51,684 nucleotides of DNA from Dermatophilaceae bacterium (GCA_051657965.1 JBOFLR010000706.1:1-51684); one strand, 5' to 3'; counted from the first letter of the stretch, positions 38,490 to 48,049 are shown. Notes: generated by a model not told the origin, from the letters alone. Numbers and translations are program-made.

Positions 38490-39580
38490 GCGGCGCCGTG
38501 CCACGGTCGGTGCTGCTGGCGGGGGGCGGAACAGCCGGCCACGTCGCCCCGCTGCTCGCTCTTGCGGAGTGCCTGCGCCGACGGGACCCCACCGTCGCGA
38601 TCGCGGCCCTCGGGACCGCAGACGGACTCGAGTCGCGCCTGGTGCCGGAGCGGGGGCTCGAGCTCCACGAGATCCCGAAGGTGCCCTTCCCCCGACGGCC
38701 CTCGGCCGACGCCCTCCGCCTGCCGGGCGCTCTCCGGTCGGCGGTCGCCGCGGCCGGCGAGGCGCTCGAGCGCACCGGCGCCGAGGTCGTGGTCGGCTTC
38801 GGTGGCTACGTCGCGACACCGGCATACCTCGCCGCGCGGCGACGTGGGGTGCCGGTCGTGGTCCACGAGCAGAACGCCCGCCCCGGCCTGGCCAACCGGC
38901 TCGGTGCGCGTGGGGCGGCAGCGGTGGGCGTCACCTTCCCCGGCACGCGGCTGCCGCGCGCCGTGGTGACCGGGATGCCGCTGCGCCGCGAGATCGCGAC
39001 CCTCGAGCGTTCCGCCGTGCGCGCCGAGGCCCGCCGCCGGTTCGGCCTCGGCGACGCGCCGACGATCCTGGTCTTCGGTGGCTCGCTGGGTGCGCGACGT
39101 CTCAACGACGCGTTCGAGGCGGCAGCGCCGGTGCTGTCCGGGGCCGGGGTCCAGGTGCTCCATGTCACCGGCACCGGGAAGCCGGTCGATCCTGGACCGG
39201 TCGGCGGCGCCCGGTACGTCGTCGTCGAGTACTGCGACCGCATGGACCTCGCGTACGCGGCCGCCGACCTGGCCGTGGCCCGGGCGGGCGCGAGCACGGT
39301 CTGCGAGCTCGCCGCGGTCGGGCTCCCGGCCGTCTATGTCCCGCTCCCCATCGGCAACGGAGAGCAGCGGCTCAACGCCCGGGGGGTCGTCGCCGCCGGA
39401 GGCGGGCTGCTCGTCGACGACGAGTCCGTCGACCGCACGTGGGTGACCGGCACCGTCATCCCGATGGCGCTCGACCACGAGCGGCTCCACGCGATGGGCG
39501 AGGCGGCGGCCGTCACCGGCCATCGTGACGGCGACGAGCGCCTCGCCGACCTCGTGGTGACGGCGGCGGACGCCTCGTGA
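38486..39580 (+). CDS. murG: UDP-N-acetylglucosamine--N-acetylmuramyl-(pentapeptide) pyrophosphoryl-undecaprenol GlcNAc transferase
   Basis: 364 aa. GTG 38486 overlaps the ftsW stop (GTGA). Motifs include LAGGGTAGHVAPLLA, HEQNARPG, GGSLGA and GASTVCELAAVGLPAVYVP. Confidence 0.93.
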   Translation: MSGAVPRSVLLAGGGTAGHVAPLLALAECLRRRDPTVAIAALGTADGLESRLVPERGLELHEIPKVPFPRRPSADALRLPGALRSAVAAAGEALERTGAEVVVGFGGYVATPAYLAARRRGVPVVVHEQNARPGLANRLGARGAAAVGVTFPGTRLPRAVVTGMPLRREIATLERSAVRAEARRRFGLGDAPTILVFGGSLGARRLNDAFEAAAPVLSGAGVQVLHVTGTGKPVDPGPVGGARYVVVEYCDRMDLAYAAADLAVARAGASTVCELAAVGLPAVYVPLPIGNGEQRLNARGVVAAGGGLLVDDESVDRTWVTGTVIPMALDHERLHAMGEAAAVTGHRDGDERLADLVVTAADAS

Positions 39581-41040
39581 GCACGCTGCCCGAGACGCGG
39601 TACGACTTCACGGCCGAGGTGCCGTCGTGGCCGAGCCTGGGAGCGGTGCACCTCGTCGCCGTCGGCGGCGCCGGGATGTCGGCGGTCGCCCGGCTGCTCC
39701 TCGCCCACGGGGTGCGGGTGTCGGGCTCGGATGCCGCCGACTCGCCGGTGCTCGACATGCTGCGGTCCGCGGGCGCGAGGGTCGAGCTCGGGCACGACCC
39801 GGCGCACCTCGCCGGTGCCGACACCGTGGTCGTGTCCTCCGCGGTGCGCGACGACAACCCGGAGCTGACGGCGGCGCGCGCCGCGGGGCTGCGCGTACTG
39901 CACCGGGCACAGGCGCTCGCCGCCCTCACCCGAGGCCGGACGACGGTGGCCGTGGCAGGTGCCAACGGCAAGACGACCACCACGGCGATGCTCACCACCG
40001 CGCTGGTCGAGGCCGGGGCCGACCCCTCGTTCGCGTGTGGTGCCGACATCCCGTTGCTCGGCAGCAACGCGGGACTCGGGCAGGGGGACGCGTTCGTCGT
40101 CGAGGCGGACGAGAGCGACGGCAGCTTCCTCACGTACCGGCCGCACGTCGCGGTGGTCACCAACGTGCAGCCCGATCACCTCGACTTCTACGGCACCGCC
40201 GAGCGGGTGGCTGAGGCGTACGACGCGTTCGCGCGGACGGTGCGGCCCGCAGGTCTGCTCGTCGCGTCGGCCGACGACGCCGGCGCACTGGCGCTCGCCG
40301 ACGCCGCCCGCGAGCGCGGTGCACGCGTCGCCACCTTCGGTCGTGCGCACGACGCCGACCTCGTCCTGGGGTCGAGCGAGCCCCGTGACCTGGGCACCCG
40401 CACCGGGTTTGTGCTCAACGGCGTCGAGCGCGAGCTGGCACTCGCGGTTCCCGGCAGCCACAACGTCGCCGACGCCGCCGGCGCTCTGCTCGCGGCCACC
40501 ACCGGCCTGGGTGCCGACGTCGACACGGTGCTCGCGGGCCTTGCCGGGTTCTCCGGCGCGGCCCGGCGGTTCGAGGTGCGTGGCGTGGCGGCCGGAGTCA
40601 CGGTCGTCGACGACTACGCACACAACCCGCCGAAGGTCGCCGCGCTCGTCGAGACCTCGGCGGGTCTGGTCCGGCGGGCCGGCGTCGGACGGTTACGGGT
40701 CCTGTTCCAGCCGCACCTGTACTCCCGCACGCGCGACTTCGCGGCCGAGTTCGCCTCGGCGCTCGCACCGGCCGACCAGGTCGTCATCCTCGACGTCTAC
40801 GGCGCCAGGGAGGAGCCGATACCCGGCATCGGACCCGCGCTGGTGGGCGAGCCCCTCCTCGCGCTTCCCGGAGACCGGAACGTGCAGGTGGGGCTCACCC
40901 GCGACGCCGCCGTCGCCGCGGTGGTCGCTGCCGCCGGTCCCGGCGACCTGGTGCTGACGGTGGGCGCCGGTGACGTCACGCGGCTCGGTCCGCGAGTTCT
41001 CGACGCCCTCGCCGCGTGCGCCGAGGGGCGGCAGGCGTGA
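39577..41040 (+). CDS. murC: UDP-N-acetylmuramate--L-alanine ligase
   Basis: 487 aa. GTG 39577 overlaps the murG stop (GTGA). Motifs include HLVAVGGAGMSAVA, AVAGANGKTTTT, EADESDGSF and DDYAHNPPK. Confidence 0.93.
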   Translation: MSTLPETRYDFTAEVPSWPSLGAVHLVAVGGAGMSAVARLLLAHGVRVSGSDAADSPVLDMLRSAGARVELGHDPAHLAGADTVVVSSAVRDDNPELTAARAAGLRVLHRAQALAALTRGRTTVAVAGANGKTTTTAMLTTALVEAGADPSFACGADIPLLGSNAGLGQGDAFVVEADESDGSFLTYRPHVAVVTNVQPDHLDFYGTAERVAEAYDAFARTVRPAGLLVASADDAGALALADAARERGARVATFGRAHDADLVLGSSEPRDLGTRTGFVLNGVERELALAVPGSHNVADAAGALLAATTGLGADVDTVLAGLAGFSGAARRFEVRGVAAGVTVVDDYAHNPPKVAALVETSAGLVRRAGVGRLRVLFQPHLYSRTRDFAAEFASALAPADQVVILDVYGAREEPIPGIGPALVGEPLLALPGDRNVQVGLTRDAAVAAVVAAAGPGDLVLTVGAGDVTRLGPRVLDALAACAEGRQA

Positions 41041-41792
41041 GGGTCACCGCGCGGCGCCGGGCCGTGGGCCGGGGGCTGGCCTCCTCGCAGATCCGGTTCG
41101 CGCGTCGCGCGTCATCCCGGCGCCGACACCCGTGGCGGCGCGCTCTCGGGCTGATGGTGTCCGGGGCGGTCGTCGCCGGGATGGTCTGGCTGGTCGGATG
41201 GAGCACGGTGCTCGCCGTCGACGAGGTGCGGGTCACCGGAGCCACCGATGCCTCCGTGCAGTCCGTCCTCGACCGGGCCGCGGTCGTCGTCGGCACCCCG
41301 CTCCTGCGGGTCGACACCGACGCCGTCGCCCAGCGGGTACGCGGCGACATCACCGTGGCGGAGGTGTCGGTGCGCCGTTCGTGGCCGGGCACGGTCGTCG
41401 TGGAGGTGGTCCACCGGAAGCCGGCGATCGTCGTCCGCACCCCGCGCGGGCGGCTCGAGGTGGTCGACGTCGACGGTGTGGCGTTCGGTACCGTCACATC
41501 GGCCCCCGCCGGGGTGCCGACGGTGAGTGCGACGGCCGATGCCGGGATGACGCCCAGCGCACTCCAGGCCGCGTTGACCCTCCTCGAGGCGCTTCCCGCA
41601 GACCTCGCCCGCCAGGTCACCGCCGTCACCGTCAGCAGTGCCGACCTGGTCACCTTCCGGCTCGGAGCACGCACCGTGGTGTGGGGTGGGGGAGAGGAGT
41701 CCGGCCGCAAGGTGGCCATCCTCCAGGCGCTGCTCCCGACGAAGTCCGCGGTCATCGACGTCAGCGCTCCCGACACCCCGGTCACGCGGTGA
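41037..41792 (+). CDS. ftsQ: Cell division protein FtsQ (POTRA domain)
   Basis: Lies within ORF 41016..41792. GTG 41037 overlaps the murC stop (GTGA); GTG 41016 is an alternative start. It has a basic N-tail, one TM segment (LMVSGAVVAGMVWLVGW), then a POTRA-like VDEVRVTGA region. Confidence 0.8.
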   Translation: MRVTARRRAVGRGLASSQIRFARRASSRRRHPWRRALGLMVSGAVVAGMVWLVGWSTVLAVDEVRVTGATDASVQSVLDRAAVVVGTPLLRVDTDAVAQRVRGDITVAEVSVRRSWPGTVVVEVVHRKPAIVVRTPRGRLEVVDVDGVAFGTVTSAPAGVPTVSATADAGMTPSALQAALTLLEALPADLARQVTAVTVSSADLVTFRLGARTVVWGGGEESGRKVAILQALLPTKSAVIDVSAPDTPVTR

Positions 41793-42025
41793 CGCCGCAA
41801 CCGGTGTTACGGTGCGCACCGGCAGTGACAGATGGGTCGCGAGTGTGCGAAGCGTCGGCTTTTCTCCGGATGATGTCGCGACACACCCCGGTCTGAATTG
41901 ATCGGCTCCCTCGCCCGACCTAGCGTCGACTCATCGATCCGGACGCACCCGCAACCCGCTCGTTGATGTTCAGGGCTTCCCTGGACCGACCGCACCAGAC
42001 GTGATTCCAGTGGAAGGCCCGAGCC

Positions 42026-43312
42026 GTGGCAGCACCCCAGAACTACCTCGCCGTCATCAAGGTCGTCGGCATCGGCGGCGGCGGCGTCAATGCCATCAAC
42101 CGGATGATCGAGGTCGGCCTCAAGGGCGTCGAGTTCATCGCGATCAACACCGACGCCCAGGCGCTGCTCATGAGCGATGCCGACGTCAAGCTCGACGTCG
42201 GACGTGAGCTCACCCGGGGGCTCGGAGCCGGTGCCGACCCCGATGTGGGGAAGAAGGCCGCCGAGGACCACGCCGAGGAGATCGAGGAGGTCCTCAAGGG
42301 CGCCGACATGGTCTTCGTCACCGCGGGCGAAGGTGGTGGTACCGGCACCGGTGGTGCGCCCGTCGTCGCCCGGATCGCCAAGGGCCTGGGCGCGCTGACC
42401 ATCGGTGTCGTCACCCGCCCGTTCACCTTCGAGGGCCGTCGCCGGGCGAACCAGGCCGAGTCCGGCATCGCCGGCCTGCGTGACGAGGTCGACACCCTGA
42501 TCGTCATCCCCAACGACCGGCTGCTCTCGATCAGCGATCGCGGGGTGTCCATGCTCGACGCGTTCCGCAGCGCCGACCAGGTGCTGCTCTCCGGCGTCCA
42601 GGGCATCACCGACCTCATCACCACCCCGGGTCTGATCAACCTCGACTTCGCCGACGTCAAGTCGGTCATGCAGGGTGCCGGTTCGGCGCTCATGGGCATC
42701 GGCTCGGCCCGTGGCGAGGACCGCTCGGTCCAGGCCGCCGAGCTCGCGATCTCCAGCCCGCTCCTCGAAGCGAGTATCGACGGTGCGCACGGGGTCCTGT
42801 TGTCGATCCAGGGCGGCAGCGATCTCGGGCTGTTCGAGATCAACGAGGCCGCACGGCTGGTGCAGGAGGCGGCCCACCCCGAGGCGAACATCATCTTCGG
42901 GGCGGTGATCGACGACGCTCTCGGCGACGAGGTGCGCGTCACGGTGATCGCCGCCGGGTTCGACGGCGGAGCGCCTGTCCGTCGAGCCGACGACCGCGCA
43001 CTCGGCACCATCCAGGGTCGTTCGCCCTCGACCTCGGCTGCGACCTCGCCATCCGCCGACAGCCCACCGCGCACCACCCCGGCCGCGGCTCCACAGCCCC
43101 CACCAGCGGAGATGTCCTCGAACGGCCACCACTCCCCATCCGCACCACCGGCTGCGCCGCCACCGTCCGTTCCGGCATCGCGGCCGCCGGATGACGCGCC
43201 GGTGCACACCGAGCGCGCCGAGCCGGTCGTCGAGCCGGTCCGTAGCGCCCCCCCTCGCACCGTGACGTTCGAGGACGGCGACGAGCTCGACGTTCCCGAC
43301 TTCCTCAAGTAG
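42026..43312 (+). CDS. ftsZ: Cell division GTPase FtsZ
   Basis: 428 aa. Motifs include [17 protein letters not shown] and [13 protein letters not shown] (tubulin signature), with a C-terminal DVPDFLK peptide. Confidence 0.98.
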   Translation: MAAPQNYLAVIKVVGIGGGGVNAINRMIEVGLKGVEFIAINTDAQALLMSDADVKLDVGRELTRGLGAGADPDVGKKAAEDHAEEIEEVLKGADMVFVTAGEGGGTGTGGAPVVARIAKGLGALTIGVVTRPFTFEGRRRANQAESGIAGLRDEVDTLIVIPNDRLLSISDRGVSMLDAFRSADQVLLSGVQGITDLITTPGLINLDFADVKSVMQGAGSALMGIGSARGEDRSVQAAELAISSPLLEASIDGAHGVLLSIQGGSDLGLFEINEAARLVQEAAHPEANIIFGAVIDDALGDEVRVTVIAAGFDGGAPVRRADDRALGTIQGRSPSTSAATSPSADSPPRTTPAAAPQPPPAEMSSNGHHSPSAPPAAPPPSVPASRPPDDAPVHTERAEPVVEPVRSAPPRTVTFEDGDELDVPDFLK

Positions 43313-43333
43313 CCCGGCCCACCGAGTCGCCCG

Positions 43334-44041
43334 GTGTTCAGCTGGCGCGAGACCTCCGCCGTGGCCGATCGGGGCTTCACCATGCGTTCGGGAGGAGTGA
43401 GCCGCGGACGGTACGCGAGCCTCAACCTCGGCGCGCACGTCGGCGACGAGCCAGCCGCGGTCGCGGAGAACCGGGCGCGCCTCGCGGCATCCATGGACCG
43501 CCCGGTGGTGTACATGGAGCAGTGCCACGGCGGTGACATCGCGGTCGTGGAGGCGGTGCCCACCGAGCCGCCGCGGTGCGACGGCCTGGTCGCGGTCGAG
43601 CCTGGTCTGGCGCTCGCCGTTCTGGTTGCCGACTGCGTCCCGGTGCTGCTCGCCAGCGCGGAAGGCGTCGTGTCTGCGGTCCACGCCGGCCGGCCCGGCG
43701 TGCTCGCCGGGGTGGTCCCGCACGCGGTCGCCGCGATGCGCGACCTCGGCGCCATCGAGATCGACGCCGTCGTGGGCCCGTCGGTGTGCAGCCGCTGCTA
43801 TGAGGTTCCCGAGCAGATGCGCCAGGTCGTCGCCGAGACCCAACCGGTCGCCGCCGCCGTGTCGTGGACGGGCACGCCGGCCGTCGACGTCGGGGCCGCG
43901 GTCGTGGCTCAGTTGCGCGACGCCGGCGTCGTGACGCGCTGGCTGCCCGGCTGCACCCGGGAGTCCCGGGACCTGTTCTCCTATCGGCGAGACGGCAGCA
44001 CCGGCCGGTTCGCGGGAGTGGTAGCGAGGGTGTGGTCGTGA
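43334..44041 (+). CDS. pgeF: Laccase-domain protein PgeF/YfiH (DUF152; peptidoglycan editing factor / purine nucleoside phosphorylase-like)
   Basis: 235 aa. It carries the VADCVPVLL and HAGRPG motifs and SRCYEV, and follows ftsZ as in other Gram-positive bacteria. Confidence 0.85.
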   Translation: MFSWRETSAVADRGFTMRSGGVSRGRYASLNLGAHVGDEPAAVAENRARLAASMDRPVVYMEQCHGGDIAVVEAVPTEPPRCDGLVAVEPGLALAVLVADCVPVLLASAEGVVSAVHAGRPGVLAGVVPHAVAAMRDLGAIEIDAVVGPSVCSRCYEVPEQMRQVVAETQPVAAAVSWTGTPAVDVGAAVVAQLRDAGVVTRWLPGCTRESRDLFSYRRDGSTGRFAGVVARVWS

Positions 44042-44733
44042 CCGACCGCCGGAACGAGCTAGCGGCGGCACTGAGCGTGGTGCGGGAACGTGTCGACGCG
44101 GCGATGCGGGCGGCCGGCCGCACCGACGACGCGACCCTCGTGGCGGTGACGAAGTACTTTCCCGCGTCCGACGTCGACCTGCTCACCGAGCTCGGGGTCG
44201 CCGACATCGGCGAGAACCGCGCCCAGGAGGTGGCCGAGAAGATCCCGTCGTTGGCCGGTCGCGCACGACTCACCGTCCACTTCGTCGGCCAGCTCCAGAC
44301 CAACAAGGCCGGCACCGTCGCACGCCTGGTCGATGTGGTGCAGTCGGTCGACCGGGCGCGGCTCGCCCGTGCGCTCGAGCGCGCCGCAGTACAGGAAAAC
44401 CGGCTGATCGATGTCACCGTGCAGATCAGTCTGGATGCCGACCGAGCGCGGGGCGGCGCGGACCCCGACCACGCGCGAGAGCTCGCCGACCTGGTCGCCG
44501 AGTGCTCCGGTCTGCGGCTCCGTGGGGTGATGGCGGTGGCGCCGCTGGGAGAGGACCCCCGGCCGGCCTTCGCACGCCTCAGGAGCGTCGCCGACGCCAT
44601 TCGCAGCAACCATCCGGACGCGTCGTGGATGTCGGCCGGTATGAGTGGCGACCTGGAGTCCGCGATCGCCGAAGGCGCGACACACCTGCGTGTCGGGTCG
44701 GCAATCCTCGGATCACGCTCGTCACAGCGGTAA
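44038..44733 (+). CDS. yggS: YggS-family pyridoxal phosphate homeostasis protein (YlmE)
   Basis: Lies within ORF 43864..44733. GTG 44038 overlaps the pgeF stop (GTGA). Motifs include LVAVTKYFP (PLP lysine), [17 protein letters not shown] and LRVGSAILG. Confidence 0.88.
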   Translation: MTDRRNELAAALSVVRERVDAAMRAAGRTDDATLVAVTKYFPASDVDLLTELGVADIGENRAQEVAEKIPSLAGRARLTVHFVGQLQTNKAGTVARLVDVVQSVDRARLARALERAAVQENRLIDVTVQISLDADRARGGADPDHARELADLVAECSGLRLRGVMAVAPLGEDPRPAFARLRSVADAIRSNHPDASWMSAGMSGDLESAIAEGATHLRVGSAILGSRSSQR

Positions 44734-44788
44734 CTTCGGTCACGACCGACGGCGCCGGACGGCGGGGCCGACGACCGAGGAGCATGTC

Positions 44789-45280
44789 ATGGCCGGCGCA
44801 CTGCGCAAGACGATGGTGTACCTGGGGCTCGCCGAGGACCAGGGGCGTTACGACGACTACGACGAGTACGACGACGGTTACGACGTCTCCGACGAGGTCG
44901 ACGACCGCGACGAGCACCGTACTGAGCACCGTGCCGAGGTGACGCCGCTCCGCCCGCGCCAGTCGATGGCCTCCGTGGTCCGCGCACCCGAAGTCGGTGG
45001 CATCTCGCGCATCACGACGATCCACCCGCGCACGTACAACGAGGCCAAGACGATCGGCGAGAACTTCCGCGACGGCATCCCGGTCATCATCAACCTCACC
45101 GACATGAGCGACGCCGACGCCAAACGACTGGTCGATTTCGCGGCCGGGCTCGTATTCGGGCTGCGGGGCTCGATCGAGCGGGTCACCGCGAAGGTGTTCC
45201 TCCTCAGCCCGGAGACGGTCGAGGTCAACGCCGACGAGGGTCAGGCGGTGCGGGGACCAGCGGTCTTCAACCAGAGCTGA
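44789..45280 (+). CDS. sepF: Cell division protein SepF
   Basis: Lies within ORF 44645..45280. ATG 44789 gives [14 protein letters not shown] (the membrane-targeting helix), an acidic linker, then the conserved core [23 protein letters not shown]...RLVDFAAGL. Confidence 0.9.
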   Translation: MAGALRKTMVYLGLAEDQGRYDDYDEYDDGYDVSDEVDDRDEHRTEHRAEVTPLRPRQSMASVVRAPEVGGISRITTIHPRTYNEAKTIGENFRDGIPVIINLTDMSDADAKRLVDFAAGLVFGLRGSIERVTAKVFLLSPETVEVNADEGQAVRGPAVFNQS

Positions 45281-45327
45281 GCGGCCCCGCCCCGTCAGGC
45301 CCCGGACCCGTCCGCGAGACTTCCACC

Positions 45328-45603
45328 ATGAGTGACGTGTTCGCGGTGCTGCGTTTCGTCGTCTTCCTGTACCTGTTGGTGCTCGTCGGCCGGGTGGTGT
45401 TCGACTGGATCCGCATCCTCGCCCGCGAGTGGCGCCCTCGCGGGCCCGCGCTCGTCGTCGCCGAGCCGGTGTACACCCTCACCGAACCGCCGCTCCGGGC
45501 ACTGCGCCGCGTCATCCCACCGTTGCGGCTCGGCGCCGTCTCGGTCGATGTGTCCTTCATGGTGTTGTTCTTGGGAGTCGCACTGCTCTACGCCTTGCTC
45601 TGA
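45328..45603 (+). CDS. yggT: YggT family membrane protein (YlmG)
   Basis: 91 aa with two TM helices. EPVYTLTEPPLRALRRVIPPL is the YggT signature. It lies between sepF and divIVA. Confidence 0.85.
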   Translation: MSDVFAVLRFVVFLYLLVLVGRVVFDWIRILAREWRPRGPALVVAEPVYTLTEPPLRALRRVIPPLRLGAVSVDVSFMVLFLGVALLYALL

Positions 45604-45808
45604 GTCCGAGCGCCCGTTGCCGACGTCACCGCCGGGTGCGATGCCGGGTCGGCGCAGGTCCTCCGTTCGGCCTGGTGTCATGCATCATCTGTCACGCGTG
45701 ACACGGCATCGCGTACGCTGACCGCTAACCGGAGCCACGAAGGACCTGCCGCCCCGGGCAGGGCCAGTGCCCGGACGTGACCCGTTGCCGGCCACCCAGG
45801 AGTTGCAG

Positions 45809-47089
45809 ATGGCTCTCACGCCCGAGGACGTCCTCAACAAGACGTTCACCCAGACCCAGTTCCGTCGTGGGTACGACGAGCGCGAGGTCGACGACTTCCT
45901 CGACGACATCGTCGCCGAGATGCGTCGAATGACCAAGGAGTCCGACGAGCTGCGCGGCGAGCTCAACACCGTCCGCGAGGGCAAGGGCATGGCGCCGACG
46001 TTCTCGCAGGCCGATGTCGACGCCTCCGCGAAGGATCTCGAGGAGCTCCGGGCGAAGAACGCCACGCTCGCCGCACGGGTCAGCGAGCTCGAGGGCACCC
46101 GCAGCGAGCTCACCGCCCGCCTCGGCGAGTACGAAGGCAAGAGCGGGGACACCGAGAGCCGCAACGCCGACCTCCAGGGCCGGGTCGGCCAGCTCGAGCA
46201 CCGCAACGGAGAGCTCGAGCGGCAGGCCTCCGAGCTGCAGACCCGGGCCACGGATGCCGAGAAGCGGGCGTCGGTGCTCGAGGCGCGGGTCCGTGAGCTC
46301 GAGGGAAGCCTCGGCGACTCGCGCAGCCAGCTCGCCGCGCTGCAGGACGAGCGTCAGCGCGACGCCGCGGCTCTCGCTGCCGCCCGCGACGGCGCGGCCT
46401 CATCGGCCGACCAGCACATGGTCACGCTGCGCGCCCGCACCGAGGAGGCCGAGCGGGATGCGCAACGCCGCATCGCCTCCGCCCAACAGCGCGCCGAGCA
46501 GGCCGAGCGTGAGGCCGAGCAGCGTGCGGCGTCGGCCGGCTCCCGTGGCGGTGGGGACTCCGAGGGCGCCAGCCTCGGCGCGGTGGCGCTCGCCGGTGCC
46601 GGAGGCGGCGCCAGTGCGGCCGGCGTGATCGCTCTCGCCCAGCGTCTGCACGACGAGCACGTCACCGCCGGCGAGAGCAAGCGCGACGAGCTCATCGCCG
46701 AAGGCCAGCGGCGTCACGACGAGCTCATCGGTGCGGCACAGCGGCAGCACGACGACCTCGTGGGCTCCGCGAAGAAGCAGCACGACGACCTCGTCGCCAC
46801 GGCGACCGCTCAGCGCGACGAGCTCATCGGCACGGCCTCGACGCAGCGGGACGAGATGCTCACCGAGGCGCGGGAGCGCAGTACCGGCATGGTGGCCGAG
46901 GCCCAGCAGCGCAAGGCGGCGATCCTCGAGGACCTCGGGCGCGAGCGCGGGCTGCTCGAGCGCAAGATCGAAGAGCTCCGTGGGTTCGAACGGGACTACC
47001 GCGGTCGGCTCCACGACTACATTCAGGGCCAGCTCGCCGAACTGAAGAACACCGCCGTCGATGCGGGGACGCGCGAGAACGCGGTCTGA
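45809..47089 (+). CDS. divIVA: DivIVA/Wag31 polar growth and division scaffold, expanded coiled-coil form
   Basis: Lies within ORF 45767..47089. ATG 45809 follows AGGAG. The N-terminus MALTPEDVLNKTFTQTQFRRGYDEREVDDFLD is the canonical DivIVA lipid-binding domain. The rest is coiled coil with internal repeats. Confidence 0.92.
   Translation: MALTPEDVLNKTFTQTQFRRGYDEREVDDFLDDIVAEMRRMTKESDELRGELNTVREGKGMAPTFSQADVDASAKDLEELRAKNATLAARVSELEGTRSELTARLGEYEGKSGDTESRNADLQGRVGQLEHRNGELERQASELQTRATDAEKRASVLEARVRELEGSLGDSRSQLAALQDERQRDAAALAAARDGAASSADQHMVTLRARTEEAERDAQRRIASAQQRAEQAEREAEQRAASAGSRGGGDSEGASLGAVALAGAGGGASAAGVIALAQRLHDEHVTAGESKRDELIAEGQRRHDELIGAAQRQHDDLVGSAKKQHDDLVATATAQRDELIGTASTQRDEMLTEARERSTGMVAEAQQRKAAILEDLGRERGLLERKIEELRGFERDYRGRLHDYIQGQLAELKNTAVDAGTRENAV
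46673..46870 (+). repeat. Six tandem 33-nt (11-residue) repeats inside divIVA
   Basis: The units are ESKRDELIAEG, QRRHDELIGAA, QRQHDDLVGSA, KKQHDDLVATA, TAQRDELIGTA and STQRDEMLTEA, read directly from the translation. Confidence 0.75.
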
Positions 47090-47104
47090 CCAGAGCGAGC
47101 CGGT

Positions 47105-47164
47105 CGGCGGAGACGCGACGCGGGGCCTCGGCACCAGCCGGGGTCCCGCGCCGCGTCTCCGCCG
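47105..47164 (+). terminator. Long GC hairpin downstream of divIVA (intrinsic terminator candidate)
   Basis: CGGCGGAGACGCG (47105-47117) pairs perfectly with CGCGTCTCCGCCG (47152-47164). After one mismatch, CGCGGG (47119-47124) pairs with CCCGCG (47145-47150). The hairpin starts 16 nt after the divIVA stop. Confidence 0.65.
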
Positions 47165-47278
47165 GGAACGACCTGGCCGACGACGGCGTTGCGACGTCCA
47201 GGACACACGAGGGCACCGTATCCTCACCTGCACCGATCGCAGCCGTCGGCTGAATGCTCAGGGAAGAAGGGTCGTCAC

Positions 47279-48049
47279 ATGGTCAAGCGGGCCCTGTCCG
47301 CAACCAGGAAGATCGCTGCACGGGCCACGACATCGGCCCGCCAGGCGGCCGCCGAAGACCCACGTCCAGGAGCATCGGCCACACGCCGGGGCGGCCGGTC
47401 GGCGTCTCCGGCAGCGGGGTCCGATGCACCCCGGAAGGCCTCGTCAGCGCCGCGGAAGACGGCCGCCACGGGTGCTGCCGCGAAGGCGACGACCCGGTCG
47501 AAGCGGTCGGGTGCCGGGTCTGACTCGACGAGCACCGCGAAGCCGGGAACCAGGGCGAGGACATCAGGCGCGGAGGCGGCATCCCCCAGCGGAGCGCCCG
47601 GAATCGGATCGGGTCCGGTGAGGGCCGGCCGGCCGTCGACCACCCGTGGACGCGCCGCCGTGCTGCCGGTCCGTGCGGACGAGCCGCCGTGGACAGCTGC
47701 GGAGAGACGCGAGCTCCGCCGCGAGATCGAGCACGACATCGCCCAGCTGCGGGCCGAGGTCACCCATGCCGAGAGCGATCTCGTGGTGCTGATGCGTGAC
47801 TCGGGCGACGGTGCCGGTGACGACCAGGCCGATGCCGGAGCCAAGACCTACGAGCGCGAGCAGGAGATCTCCCTGGCGAACAACGCCCGCGAGATGCTCG
47901 AACAGAACGAGCACGCCCTCGAGCGGCTCGACGACGGAACCTACGGAGCGTGCGAGTCGTGCGGCGACCCGATCGGCAAACTCCGCCTCCAGGCGGCCCC
48001 TCGCGCGACTCTGTGCCTGACCTGCAAGACGAAGCAGGAACGTCGCTGA
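47279..48049 (+). CDS. TraR/DksA-family C4 zinc-finger protein with a long basic low-complexity N-terminal extension
   Basis: Lies within ORF 47189..48049; the start is ATG 47279. The C-terminus has the DksA-like coiled coil plus [26 protein letters not shown] (CxxC-N17-CxxC). The N-terminal ~135 aa are Ala/Ser/Arg/Lys/Thr-rich. Confidence 0.8.
   Translation: MVKRALSATRKIAARATTSARQAAAEDPRPGASATRRGGRSASPAAGSDAPRKASSAPRKTAATGAAAKATTRSKRSGAGSDSTSTAKPGTRARTSGAEAASPSGAPGIGSGPVRAGRPSTTRGRAAVLPVRADEPPWTAAERRELRREIEHDIAQLRAEVTHAESDLVVLMRDSGDGAGDDQADAGAKTYEREQEISLANNAREMLEQNEHALERLDDGTYGACESCGDPIGKLRLQAAPRATLCLTCKTKQERR

Noticed and set aside
41807-44071. A 754-aa minus-strand ORF (and a 570-aa ORF at 42043..43755) across ftsZ and pgeF.
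   Set aside because: Both are antisense to ftsZ, which is certain. They carry no domain signatures.
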